This document shows positions 9,820 through 20,155 of a stretch of DNA of 64,000 nt, piece by piece. Each line of letters begins with the position of its first letter. Position 1 is the first letter of the stretch. Source of the DNA: Chryseolinea sp. (GTDB lineage: Bacteria; Bacteroidota; Bacteroidia; Cytophagales; Cyclobacteriaceae); assembly GCA_025923195.1 (NCBI GenBank), contig JAICGJ010000004.1, forward strand, positions 12,610 to 76,609, in the 5' to 3' direction. Under the pieces are notes generated by a model. That model saw only the letters and a list, made by a program, of their open reading frames with translations, did not search any database and was not told where the DNA came from. The translations under genes were made by a program, and so were the position numbers.

Positions 9820-11697
9820 TTAGAAATCAACATTTTCTGTTATTCTCACTCCCTCGTTTTTAAACCTGGTCATAAAATCCTGAATTCTACTCCTGGCTAC
9901 CTTCATGTCGTGATTATTAATATTGATATTCAACAGGTCGATAAACCAGGGAGCCTTCACGGGATCGAGTACATAGGCATTAACTATCTCCCGCGATATG
10001 GGTAAGGTAGTAGTTTTCGAATCGTCGTGAACGTCTTTATTTTTTGCTGCCAGTAGTTTTCTATACTCCTCCTCTAATAGCCTTGAGAAAAATTGGCCAT
10101 TAAATACACTGCCGGCCTTCATCCCAGTATCGGGATCATTCTCGGTCAGCTTCGCGCCTTTGTGCACCCACTCCCACAAGATACTCAGCCGGATCTCCCC
10201 AGTGGCCATATCCTCCATCAGATATAAGATATCATCGTTGCTGAAAAAGTCAGCCGGCTTCAGGGCCGCAGCCTGCATGCCCTGCAAAAAAGCGTTGCCA
10301 TACTGTAGTGCGACGCTTAACAAGTTTCGCGCGCCACGAATCGTTGTCGGTGCCGGTTCCAGTAGCAGCAGTCCGTCTGCATCATTCCGCGTATAGGTCA
10401 AGGGTGGAAATTTTCGTCCGATCTGATTAGGTTGCCCTGTTTTTTCCCAAACAGGCCTTACAATATGTACCATTTTCCAGTGTGCAACCCATTTCCCGCT
10501 TGCTCCGTCACGCTGCTCACGTTCCGCACCTGCTACGGCCTTTGCCATACTAGATGCAACACCTTGGGTAGATCCAACAGGGATATTAGGTTCCATACCT
10601 CCCTGCCAAAGGGCATAGTTTCCCTCGTCATCGGGGGTATTGACAGATCGCCTGACGCGGTCTTCATAGTTGCGCATATATCCATAGGTCATAACGATCC
10701 CTTCAATGTTCGGATTGATAAAGGTGGTATCCCACGCCATAGCGTCAGATACACTGTTGATGTAATCCCATCTGCCGGTGTTAAAGCCTACAAAATGCTT
10801 TCCGAGAACTGCACGAATTTCCATCAGTTGAAATGTTGCCTCCAACTGCTCCACGAGAACATACACTTTAATCGTTCCCCCTTTCAGTCCGATGAGGTCT
10901 TCCAGCTCGTTGATCATCTCATTCCATACGGCGGCTTCTTCAGCGGTCTGTATCTTTGGCAGATACAGGACGATCGAAGATCCTGCTTCTTGCAATGCCT
11001 TATAATTGTTCACGACATACAACGTCAGGTCAACGATGGATGCAGCTATGGCTGTGCCCTGTTGATCGCGTAAATGACGGTCGTCCAAGTGAAGGCCCCT
11101 AGCACGGAATATTTTTGTTGTAAAATTAAGCTGTGCACTCCAGTCGCTGATGATCTCGCGGCCCAGAAATCCCTTCGACCAATTATTCATCTCGGAAGCT
11201 ACCTTTTCAGCGGTATCGAGAAAAGCCGGGTCCTTGTGAATGGCTAATTTAAGGTTGCGCTGGTTGTCGAGCGACATTGCGTTAATCTGCCCAAGAGCAT
11301 CTTCGCCGTCAAACATCCAGCCATCGGCGCCGGAAAGCAACGCATAGGCTACATTTCTGATGCTGCTGGCCAATGGAGCATTAGGTTTGGCAGCAGGCCC
11401 TGTACCTTGAATCCACTGCCTTTGCAAATCGTGGGGAATTGGAGTACCAATAAACTTGCCTTCCCGGGCATCTTTTACTTTGATGTTCGTCCGAGGTATT
11501 ACACTTTCAGGATCAAGAAAGGTTATTCGTTGCTTGTTTTTCTGACGCTCTGCCCTCCGTTTCAATCTGGCACTCATGATTGATTTTATCTCGGCGTTAA
11601 AGTGGGAAAGTGAGGAGAGAGTCGAAAGGACTTCAGCTGTATAGATGTCGCGATAGAGTTCTTTGAGATTGCTTCGGATGATGATGTCAGACTTCAT
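9820..11697 (-). CDS. Malate synthase-like enzyme (divergent, about 625 aa)
   Basis: GADGWMFDGEDALGQ parallels the malate synthase DFED metal/substrate motif, and GFNTGRWDYINS parallels the CGRWDYIFS motif. Start placed at ATG 11697 (MKSDIII..); the ORF-track start at 11721 is TTG. Confidence 0.7.
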   Translation of the reverse strand: MKSDIIIRSNLKELYRDIYTAEVLSTLSSLSHFNAEIKSIMSARLKRRAERQKNKQRITFLDPESVIPRTNIKVKDAREGKFIGTPIPHDLQRQWIQGTGPAAKPNAPLASSIRNVAYALLSGADGWMFDGEDALGQINAMSLDNQRNLKLAIHKDPAFLDTAEKVASEMNNWSKGFLGREIISDWSAQLNFTTKIFRARGLHLDDRHLRDQQGTAIAASIVDLTLYVVNNYKALQEAGSSIVLYLPKIQTAEEAAVWNEMINELEDLIGLKGGTIKVYVLVEQLEATFQLMEIRAVLGKHFVGFNTGRWDYINSVSDAMAWDTTFINPNIEGIVMTYGYMRNYEDRVRRSVNTPDDEGNYALWQGGMEPNIPVGSTQGVASSMAKAVAGAEREQRDGASGKWVAHWKMVHIVRPVWEKTGQPNQIGRKFPPLTYTRNDADGLLLLEPAPTTIRGARNLLSVALQYGNAFLQGMQAAALKPADFFSNDDILYLMEDMATGEIRLSILWEWVHKGAKLTENDPDTGMKAGSVFNGQFFSRLLEEEYRKLLAAKNKDVHDDSKTTTLPISREIVNAYVLDPVKAPWFIDLLNININNHDMKVARSRIQDFMTRFKNEGVRITENVDF

Positions 11698-11776
11698 AAC
11701 TCGTTGGTTCTTCAAATTCAAAATTCAAAATGGAAATCGGAAAATATTTACTGTTGGCCCAGGCGTGCTTATTAAA

Positions 11777-13522
11777 CTATATCTTCTTCCTGTTTATCCA
11801 AACTACTGAGACAGCAACTATGATTAGTGCAACAGCCAGAATCAACAGATATGTAAAGCCTGTCGAAACATTCGCCTCGTCGACTGCAAGGGCACCTGTC
11901 TTTTTATAAACGGGGATCATCCATTGCATAACATAAGCCTGCAAACAGGTGAGGATACAAATTACGAAAAGCATGATAAAGCTGTGTTTTACTGTAAACC
12001 GGAAAAGGTCCGATTCCTTTCCCACCAGGCCGACAGCGGCGGCACCAATTGCAATAGATTGCGGAGAAATCATTTTTCCTGTTACACCACCAGAGGCATT
12101 GGCGCTCACAGTGACAACCGGATCAACGCCTAGGGTATCCGCCGACGTAGCTTGAAGTTTACAAAATAGCGCATTCGATGATGTATCTGAGCCTGTAAGA
12201 AATACACCCAACCATCCCAGGATAGGGGAGAAGAAGGGGAAGAGCGCTCCCGTGCTGGCAAGCGCTACAGCCATCGTAATGGACATTCCGGAATTATTAG
12301 CTATAAAAGCAAACCCAACAACACAGGCGATCGTGATAACGGGGAATTTTAATTGCTTCAAGGTCGACCAGTAAATTTGGGCACCTCTGCGATAGGTTAG
12401 ACCCAGGAGGGGAATTGACATAATTGCGGCAAACAGCACTGCTGTGCCAGGTGCCGAGAGGTAATTGAATTCGAAAGGTTTTATTACCAGCGGGCTTCCA
12501 TCGGCTTTTTGTATCGCTCCATTCAAACCTGGGACATCGAACTTAATGATGCCGATGGAATTTAACGCATCCTTCACAGGCTGAAGGCCCCAGGCTACGA
12601 TGAACATTGTCATGATAATAAAAGGACACCAAGCCTTGAAGACCTTGCCGGCTGAGTAATGGAGTTTGGTATCAAGGGTCTGAGGCGGCTCCTCTTGAAA
12701 GCGCCATGTGGATTTGGGTTTCCAAAATTTAAGGAGCACGATCAGACATACTATCGACGCTATGCCAGCCAGTACGTCGGGGAGCATTGGTCCTAGATAG
12801 TTTGCGGCAAACCACTGGAAAAATGCGAATGATACGCCGGACACAATGAGCGCCGGTAATACTTCCAATGATTTTTTTAATCCCGACATTAATATTACCA
12901 AGTAGAACGGCACTACCACCGACAAGACAGGAAGTGTACGACCCACCATTTGGGATATTGCCATCTCAGGGATGTCGGAAATGCGCGAGGCCATTATTAT
13001 CGGTGTTCCCACTGAACCGAATGCAACGGGTGCGGTATTCGCGATCAGGCAGATACCTGCGGCGTAAAGCGGGTTAAATCCTAATCCAACAAGCAATGCC
13101 GCAGAAATGGCAACAGGCGCTCCAAATCCAGCAGCGCCTTCAAGAAAAGCACCAAAAGAAAATGCAATTAAAATGGCTTGAAGCCTGCGATCGGGAGTGA
13201 CCGAGGCCATAAAATTTTTAATGATATCAAATTGACCACTTTCTACCGTGATATTAAAGAGAAAAACAGCGCCAATAATAATCCAGCATATGGGAAAGAG
13301 TCCGTATAAGGCGCCATGAATCGCCGACGCGGCTGCAAGCTTCAGCGGCATTCCATAGACCGCCATGGCCAGCAGAATCGACAACAATATCGTAAGCAAG
13401 CTGGCAACATAACCCTTTACTTTTCTGATCAACAACCAGAAAATAAAAATTACGGGAATGGCGGCTACCAGAGCCGAAAGGACGATGTTGTTAAAAGGAT
13501 CAATGACTTGCGTCCAGCTCAT
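11777..13522 (-). CDS. L-lactate/glycolate permease (LctP/GlcA family)
   Basis: 581 aa polytopic membrane protein. The N-terminus MSWTQVIDPFNNIVLSALVAAIPVIF and overall layout are typical of LctP. Its start overlaps the stop of the upstream dehydrogenase by 4 nt. Confidence 0.85.
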   Translation of the reverse strand: MSWTQVIDPFNNIVLSALVAAIPVIFIFWLLIRKVKGYVASLLTILLSILLAMAVYGMPLKLAAASAIHGALYGLFPICWIIIGAVFLFNITVESGQFDIIKNFMASVTPDRRLQAILIAFSFGAFLEGAAGFGAPVAISAALLVGLGFNPLYAAGICLIANTAPVAFGSVGTPIIMASRISDIPEMAISQMVGRTLPVLSVVVPFYLVILMSGLKKSLEVLPALIVSGVSFAFFQWFAANYLGPMLPDVLAGIASIVCLIVLLKFWKPKSTWRFQEEPPQTLDTKLHYSAGKVFKAWCPFIIMTMFIVAWGLQPVKDALNSIGIIKFDVPGLNGAIQKADGSPLVIKPFEFNYLSAPGTAVLFAAIMSIPLLGLTYRRGAQIYWSTLKQLKFPVITIACVVGFAFIANNSGMSITMAVALASTGALFPFFSPILGWLGVFLTGSDTSSNALFCKLQATSADTLGVDPVVTVSANASGGVTGKMISPQSIAIGAAAVGLVGKESDLFRFTVKHSFIMLFVICILTCLQAYVMQWMIPVYKKTGALAVDEANVSTGFTYLLILAVALIIVAVSVVWINRKKI

Positions 13523-16413
13523 GATAAGGTTTTAGGCCTGACAACTTCCACCCAATGTTTAGGCTTGACGCCGGTAAAATGATGAATCTGATGGCGGCAG
13601 CTGAATCCATTGGCAACGAGGGTGGTACCCGCTTTCATGGCCTTAACCGCAGGGAATAGCACACTTTCGCCGATCTTACGGGATATTTCATAGTGCTCTT
13701 TCTCGTATCCAAAGGACCCCGCCATGCCGCAACAGCCCGATGGAATTTCAGAAATGGTTTGACCGCTTTTGCTTAACAGTCGCTTCAAACCATCAGTGCC
13801 ATACAGGGATTTCTGGTGACAATGTCCGTGAATAAGAAGATCACCTGCGATGGATTCGAATGTGCCGTTGAGCCTTCCACTGCCAACTTCGTTTTCAAGG
13901 AACTTATCGATCATTATGACTTTGTCGCGCAACTGGCGTCCATATGCCTCGTCATCGATCAGATCTGGAAGGTCGTCGTTTAGTGCGGATGCACAACTGG
14001 GTTCACATACGACGATCGTTAAGCCCTCGTCAATGTATTTCCTTAGCGCGTCGACTGTTTTCGTTCCATCTGCCTTAGCGTCTCTCAAAAAGCCGTGGGA
14101 AATCCGCGGCCGTTGACAGCAACCGGCATTTGCCAGGATCACCTCATAGCCACACGCGTTCAGCAACTCTAGGGCTCCAATGCCTATGTTTGGCTCATGG
14201 AAATTCAGATATGTATCTGCAAAAAGAACAACCTTCTTCTCTGGATTTTTATAAGTATTGTTGCCTGACTTTGCAAACCATTTGTAAAATGGTTCGTTGG
14301 CATATTCGGGCAATGTTCTGCGGTGATCAAATCCAGCGATCTTTTCCAATGTTGATCTAAATAAGGCTGTGCCCTGGATCGAATTGATCATCGAGGAAAG
14401 GCGACCTGAAAAATGGGAGGCAGCCCTAGAAGAGTCACGGATCATCCGGTCGCGCATCGTCACACCGTGCTCATCATAGTACATCTGCAAGACATCACTT
14501 TTCATCTTCGCCATATCCACATTGCTTGGGCATTCCGCCTTACAGGCTTTGCATGAAAGGCACAAATCCAATACCTCGTGAAGTCGCTTGCTTGTTAATC
14601 CCGCTTTGTCAAGCTGACCCGACATCGCAAGGCGCAGCGCATTTGCGCGTCCTCTGGTTGAGTGTTCCTCATCGCGCGTTGCCTTGAAACTTGGACACAT
14701 GGTGCCTCCTAACATTTTTCTGCATTCACCAACGCCCGTGCACATGTGTACCGACTCTCCAAAACTATTCTCGGTTCGATAGTGAAACGTTGTCTTCACA
14801 TCCTGATCTCGGTAATGGGTTCCATATCGGAGGTTATGTTCAATGGTTTGAGAATCCACAATCTTGCCTGGATTCATCAGGTTCTCCGGATCAAATAATT
14901 TCTTTACGTCCCTGAAGGCCTGATACAGGGTTCGACCAAAAAATCGTTCGTTATAGGCACTTCTCACCAGCCCATCACCGTGTTCTCCGCTCCATGATCC
15001 TCCATATTTTACGACAAGGTCAAAGGTCTCATCGGTAATATTTTTCAGATTGATGATATCCTGTTCCTGGCGCAAGTCGAGAAGCGGTTGAACATGGATC
15101 ACGCCGACGCTGGCATGGGCATACATCGAGACTTCTGTGTTATGCTTTGCGCAGATCTTTAGAACCTGGTCAATATATTCAGGCAGGACATTCGTCGGGA
15201 TAGCGGAATCTTCGATAAAACTTAACGCTTTCTTTTCGCCTTTGATACCCATCATAAGACCGAGTCCTTTTTTACGAAGGGTCCACACATCGTCGTATTC
15301 CTTACCGGCAGGGAAGTAAGGATATGCATAGCCCAGGTTAAGTTGCTGCAACGCCGTCGCCATTTGCTGTGGCCTCTGCAGAACGGATTCCAGCGTGTCC
15401 CCATAAAACTCGACGATAAGGATGGCAGCAGGATCACCATCAATGAAATGACATAGCCGCTGGGTTGTCAGATTCTCAGCGCTTAACCTTAAAACGATAC
15501 GATCGAGAATCTCTATTGCCGAAGGTTTGAATGGTAACATGGGTTCGACGGCCCGTATGGCTTCAAGCAATTCGGCAAAATGCACCACCGCAACCGACTT
15601 GAATCTTGGAAGCGGCTCAAGATTTATCTTTACTTCCAGTGTTACGGCCAATGTCCCTTCACTGCCCGTAATAAGCTTTGAGAGGTTCCAACGGTCGGTG
15701 TACACAAATTCATCGAGATTATAACCACCGACTCTCCGCATTACTTTTGGAAACCGCTGTTTTATTTCCTCTCGATTTTGGTTAATCGTACTCTGGAAAT
15801 TCCGGTAAATTTCACCTTCCCGGTTTTGCTGCCGCACCTTTTCTTCTAATTCCTCAGGCGAAAGTTCCTTCAGATCGAGGCGTGTTCCATCGGCCAGCAG
15901 TACCTTTGCTTCGAGGATATGATCTACAGTCTTGCCGTATAAGATACTTTTGGTGCCTGACGAATTATTACCAACCATACCACCAACATTCGCCCTGCTT
16001 GAGGTGGCTGGATCAGGGGCAAAATGCAGATTGTATTTTCCCATAACCTCATTCAGTTCATCGCGGACGAGCCCTGGCTGAACTTTTACCCACCTCTCAT
16101 TTTCATTGAATTCCAGGATCTTGTTCATGTACTTGGAAAAATCAATGACTATTGCTTCCCCTACGGTCTGACCAGCCAGGCTCGTGCCGCCACCTCGCGG
16201 CAAAATTTTTATTTTATGGGTTCGCGCGATTTCAACTGCCTTGATAACATCCGACTCGTCGCGAGGAAGGACGACTGCTAGAGGTCGGATCTGGTAAAAG
16301 CTGGCATCTGTCGAATACATGCCCAGCGAATAATCATCTAAAAGCACATCACCTTTGATATTCTTGAGTTCGTCAACAAAAGGGAGTGAGCCTACGCTTT
16401 CTTGTTTAAGCAT
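13519..16413 (-). CDS. Fused FAD-linked oxidase / 4Fe-4S / CCG-domain 2-hydroxyacid dehydrogenase (GlcD+GlcF-like, YdiJ-like)
   Basis: FAD_binding_4 motif PRGGGTSLAGQ. Ferredoxin-type Cys clusters CTGVGECRK..CP and CLSCKACKAECP. Two CCG motifs (GCCQRP, GCCGMAGSFG). Confidence 0.85.
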   Translation of the reverse strand: MLKQESVGSLPFVDELKNIKGDVLLDDYSLGMYSTDASFYQIRPLAVVLPRDESDVIKAVEIARTHKIKILPRGGGTSLAGQTVGEAIVIDFSKYMNKILEFNENERWVKVQPGLVRDELNEVMGKYNLHFAPDPATSSRANVGGMVGNNSSGTKSILYGKTVDHILEAKVLLADGTRLDLKELSPEELEEKVRQQNREGEIYRNFQSTINQNREEIKQRFPKVMRRVGGYNLDEFVYTDRWNLSKLITGSEGTLAVTLEVKINLEPLPRFKSVAVVHFAELLEAIRAVEPMLPFKPSAIEILDRIVLRLSAENLTTQRLCHFIDGDPAAILIVEFYGDTLESVLQRPQQMATALQQLNLGYAYPYFPAGKEYDDVWTLRKKGLGLMMGIKGEKKALSFIEDSAIPTNVLPEYIDQVLKICAKHNTEVSMYAHASVGVIHVQPLLDLRQEQDIINLKNITDETFDLVVKYGGSWSGEHGDGLVRSAYNERFFGRTLYQAFRDVKKLFDPENLMNPGKIVDSQTIEHNLRYGTHYRDQDVKTTFHYRTENSFGESVHMCTGVGECRKMLGGTMCPSFKATRDEEHSTRGRANALRLAMSGQLDKAGLTSKRLHEVLDLCLSCKACKAECPSNVDMAKMKSDVLQMYYDEHGVTMRDRMIRDSSRAASHFSGRLSSMINSIQGTALFRSTLEKIAGFDHRRTLPEYANEPFYKWFAKSGNNTYKNPEKKVVLFADTYLNFHEPNIGIGALELLNACGYEVILANAGCCQRPRISHGFLRDAKADGTKTVDALRKYIDEGLTIVVCEPSCASALNDDLPDLIDDEAYGRQLRDKVIMIDKFLENEVGSGRLNGTFESIAGDLLIHGHCHQKSLYGTDGLKRLLSKSGQTISEIPSGCCGMAGSFGYEKEHYEISRKIGESVLFPAVKAMKAGTTLVANGFSCRHQIHHFTGVKPKHWVEVVRPKTLS

Positions 16414-16789
16414 GTTATCATCTTCAGTAGACCAAAAGGTAATTAAAAAAGAATGGAAGAGAAAAGAAAAATGTCAGGCGGTTTAGATTGGAGACTACAA
16501 CAAAATGTCGTGTTGTCGATAAATGATTGTCGGAGAATTTCGCCTATCCGATAAGGCAATTCGTAAAGTTGGGTGAATTTTGAACCTCCTGGCATTTTGG
16601 TGTGGTGAATTTCTATCCATTGGCGACGGGCCATTAAAAATTTCTGGAAATTCTAAGGTTATCATGTCGTGACTTGGACTATCTTGTGCAACTTTAATGG
16701 ATTCTTTCCGAGTTCCAAATTGAGGGAAGTGGTACTTATGCTGTGATGAAACCACTTGTCGAGGGGTTAGTAATTAATAGTCAATATAA

Positions 16790-17473
16790 ATGATCTTTAA
16801 TCTCGCCCTCGTCATTTTTACATGGATAGCACTTCGGCTTGAAAAAAAGGATCTGGACGTATTGGGACTCAGACCGGTGCCTAAAAGATTCGTTCAGCTA
16901 GTACTAGGCCTATCGTTAACATTTGCTCTGTCAACTTGTGTTAACCTGCTTTTTTCGCAAAGCGCGAACTTTGAGTGGATCAGAAATCCGCATTTCAATG
17001 TGGATCAAATTCCTAGCGCCACTTACCGGACGTTTAATTCTGTTGTTTTTGAAGAGTTGATCTTCCGGGCTTATGCACTCTACAAGCTCAACCAATTGTT
17101 CGGCGAAAAGGTGGCCGTTTTTTCGACAAGTATCGCCTTTGGAATCTATCATTGGTTTACTATGGGGGCTCTTGGCAATTTCGCAATGATGATATGGTTG
17201 TTCTTTTATACAGGGCTTTGGGGAGCGATGTTCGCATATTGTTTTACACGAACGGGAACGGTTTTACTGGGAACTGGTCTCCATTGGGGATGGAATTTTT
17301 TGGAACAGGTAGTTTTTGCGAAGCAAGGTGAGGGACTCCTCAAGCCATTGACCTCCAGTCAAACGCAATACCTGAATTTAACCGCTGGCATTGTAGTTAC
17401 AACACTTCCACCGATCCTGTTTGCCGCTGCAATCATTCTTTTTTTGGTCAAACGGAAACCTGTATGCATCTAG
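16790..17473 (+). CDS. CPBP family intramembrane glutamic endopeptidase (CAAX protease-like)
   Basis: Multi-TM protein with FEELIFRAY (EExxxR) and FGIYHW motifs. Confidence 0.75.
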   Translation: MIFNLALVIFTWIALRLEKKDLDVLGLRPVPKRFVQLVLGLSLTFALSTCVNLLFSQSANFEWIRNPHFNVDQIPSATYRTFNSVVFEELIFRAYALYKLNQLFGEKVAVFSTSIAFGIYHWFTMGALGNFAMMIWLFFYTGLWGAMFAYCFTRTGTVLLGTGLHWGWNFLEQVVFAKQGEGLLKPLTSSQTQYLNLTAGIVVTTLPPILFAAAIILFLVKRKPVCI

Positions 17474-17675
17474 TCATAGTAATGTGTAAGGATTTTGCTA
17501 AGTGTGGATTCTGCTTAACTATTCATTTCAAGAAACCAGGGAATAATTTGATTCCACTGCTCATAGAAAGATTGCCATGGGTTGCCATTGCGAATAAATG
17601 GATACTGAATGGAACGTATAGGCACACAGAAACCCTCACACGAATACAACGTGCGGTTCAATTACTTCGGAACAT

Positions 17676-17876
17676 TCAAACAGGGGTTGTCAACTCGTCC
17701 TGCGGCACAAGCTTCAATGGCTTCGGTGCATCCGGTCGAATGTCGTATTTAGCGGCGCCGTCGCCGGTATACACCTTGGTAACGACCCAAACTGTATCAG
17801 AATCCTGAAGCAACATCACTTTGTCACCCACTTCAAACGTCGGTTTACTGGGATCTTCGTCTATGTGCATAATCAA
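17676..17876 (-). CDS. Small hypothetical protein (66 aa)
   Basis: Isolated ORF in an otherwise empty 540-nt gap with non-repetitive, globular-looking sequence (..FEVGDKVMLLQDSDTVWVVTKVYTGDGAAKYDIRP..). No family recognised. Confidence 0.4.
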   Translation of the reverse strand: MIMHIDEDPSKPTFEVGDKVMLLQDSDTVWVVTKVYTGDGAAKYDIRPDAPKPLKLVPQDELTTPV

Positions 17877-18016
17877 AAGCTTTTAATACATAGTTGGAAC
17901 AACCAGAATTTCGAAAAGTTATAATATATTTTTTTTGCAATAACGGCCTGGCATAGCGATTTCCCATCCTTGCACTGCGCGCCTCTTACGGCTTTCTTGG
18001 GAAGCTAACGAGTTGT

Positions 18017-19729
18017 TCAATAAACTTTAGACACCCTTCTGACCTTGCCATCAGATTTGGTTATTACGTATAATTCGCCATTGAAACGATCGTACCCAAT
18101 CCGTTGATGCAATCGTTTTGTACGACTCATTTCCTGAAGTGTGGTTTGGTTGCCGTTTTCCATGATGGTCAATTCGTAGACTGCTGAATCGGTTAGCAAT
18201 GGATCGACATTCACATAAAATAAACGGCCGTTAACAATATCGCCGAAAATATATTTGTTCTTCAGTGCGTCAAGCTTTCCTTCATATACATATCCACCAC
18301 CGATGGCATATCCCTCTTCATGATCATATTGCACAAAGGGCCGTTTATACCGATCGATGTCACTCTTCCCTAGTATATAAACAGTTTTCATATCTCTGGT
18401 AGTAGTAATTCCAAAATTGCCCTCTCTATTAGGCCATCCGTAGTCACCGCCTTTGTCAACTATATTGATTTCTTCAATATTCGATTCGCCAATGTCCGTT
18501 ACAATCATTCTATTTCCGTTGGCTGCGTCCCACGCTAAACGATGAGGATTTCTGAATCCGAAGGCATATATCTCCTTGACCGTTGACGGATCTGTATCGT
18601 CGACAAACGGATTGTCATCGGGAACGCCATACTTTCCATTTCGACTGTCGTTTCCCTGAGGGTCTATACGCAATATAGTGCCGAGGAATGATCTTAGATG
18701 ATGTCCTAACTCGGGGCGTTTGATATTGTTAGAGCCGCCATCACCGTAACCAATATACAATAAGCCGTAATCGGGATTTTGTTTATCGATGTTGGGAATA
18801 AATCCTATGTCCTGACAGCCGTGCGCAAAGGTGGGAGCGTGAAGTCGAAGGAGTTCTCGATGTGGTCCGCTAAAGACCTTGTCATTGATATTATCCATTT
18901 TCCACTCACTTATTACCCATTGAACTTCTGCCTTAATCGAATCAGAAATGCGATAATCAGGAATCTGTCCTTTAAACGTTTCTGCATGCGTGACATACAA
19001 TAAACCGTTGTGTAAAAAGTCGGGATGGAAATCAAAACTACCAAGCCCAGTAGCAATTCCGGGACCGCTTTGGAAGTCTTTGATATGTTTCCGGACGTCC
19101 AGAAATACTTCTGCTTTGTTTTCTGAGATTCTGTAAATGATCCCGTTTTGATCGCTGACAAATAAGACGCCATTGCCCGATGGATGAGGCCTAAGGGTCA
19201 CTATGCCGAGATCAGGGGATGTGCCTGGCAGTCGAGGAATCTGAACGACGTCTTCGAGTTCGATTTTTATTCCCGAATTTTTTACAGGTCGCACAAGTCT
19301 TCCTGATAACTTGTGGGCCGCGGTGTCGCTGACGAGCATCGCTACGAGATGATGTTCATTTGTCTCTTCGTTGATGTACGCTAAAATATCGCTGATCTCT
19401 GAATGATCCATCCATTCAAATGAGGGCATCACCTGTTTGTATCTTGCCCGTTGACTTACCGCCCTTGCGTCACCTGACTCCATTATTTTAGAAGGGTTCT
19501 TAATAAAGCTCACAAGGGTCTGTTTCGAAAGCAGATTGGTAATACCTCCTAAAGGAGGACCGAAACCATCCTCTTCAAGTCCATGACAGGAACTGCAATA
19601 CTTTGAGAAAAGCTCCTTTCCACTTGCAATAGTCTCATGGTCGGATGAGTAACTTTTTTTAAAGGCTGTGAGGTAGATGAGGGTGGCCAGGGCCAGGGCA
19701 AGCGACGCATAAATTAAATATCGAACCAT
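18017..19729 (-). CDS. PQQ-dependent (soluble glucose/sorbosone dehydrogenase-like) beta-propeller fused to an N-terminal cytochrome c domain
   Basis: N-terminal TM/signal anchor and heme motif CSSCHG. The remainder resembles the sGDH family (..YAFGFRNPHRLAWD.., GGDYGWPNREG). Confidence 0.75.
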   Translation of the reverse strand: MVRYLIYASLALALATLIYLTAFKKSYSSDHETIASGKELFSKYCSSCHGLEEDGFGPPLGGITNLLSKQTLVSFIKNPSKIMESGDARAVSQRARYKQVMPSFEWMDHSEISDILAYINEETNEHHLVAMLVSDTAAHKLSGRLVRPVKNSGIKIELEDVVQIPRLPGTSPDLGIVTLRPHPSGNGVLFVSDQNGIIYRISENKAEVFLDVRKHIKDFQSGPGIATGLGSFDFHPDFLHNGLLYVTHAETFKGQIPDYRISDSIKAEVQWVISEWKMDNINDKVFSGPHRELLRLHAPTFAHGCQDIGFIPNIDKQNPDYGLLYIGYGDGGSNNIKRPELGHHLRSFLGTILRIDPQGNDSRNGKYGVPDDNPFVDDTDPSTVKEIYAFGFRNPHRLAWDAANGNRMIVTDIGESNIEEINIVDKGGDYGWPNREGNFGITTTRDMKTVYILGKSDIDRYKRPFVQYDHEEGYAIGGGYVYEGKLDALKNKYIFGDIVNGRLFYVNVDPLLTDSAVYELTIMENGNQTTLQEMSRTKRLHQRIGYDRFNGELYVITKSDGKVRRVSKVY

Positions 19730-20155
19730 TGGGAAAATTTAATAAATCCGCAGGATCTTGATCAGGAAATATTCGTAAAGTAGCGGATTGAATCTAGGTT
19801 TCCCCTCCATTGTGACAATTGGCCTAACGTTCGTTGCGCTGAATGCTTTTTGGTGAAGAGTGGCAACATTTCTTTGAAAGTACAAGGGCCGGTGGAGGTG
19901 TGCGTGCAGGTGTTGCCGCTGCGCAATAATTTCTTAACGCAATAGGCGAGGCTAGACAGGTTAATTTTGCATTAATAAATTAATGAATTCGTACCCAGTT
20001 CTTGCTTAGCCGTTCGTAAAACTACATTGGCAGACCTGACACATACCAGGCTGTCGGATTTAAGTGCGAATTCTGCCAAAGCATTCTTAAATTTACCGGA
20101 CCAGTCGCAATTTGGTGACGTGCAGTAAGTAATCCTGATTTACAATAGCATTTCA

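Noticed and set aside
10432-11073. 213-aa plus-strand ORF
   Set aside because: It lies entirely antisense within the malate-synthase-like gene, has a Cys/His/Arg-rich composition and matches no recognisable family. It is a shadow ORF.
17464-17808. 114-aa plus-strand ORF after the CPBP gene
   Set aside because: It overlaps the CPBP 3' end and the more protein-like 66-aa minus-strand ORF. Its composition is Cys-rich and irregular, and no motif is present.
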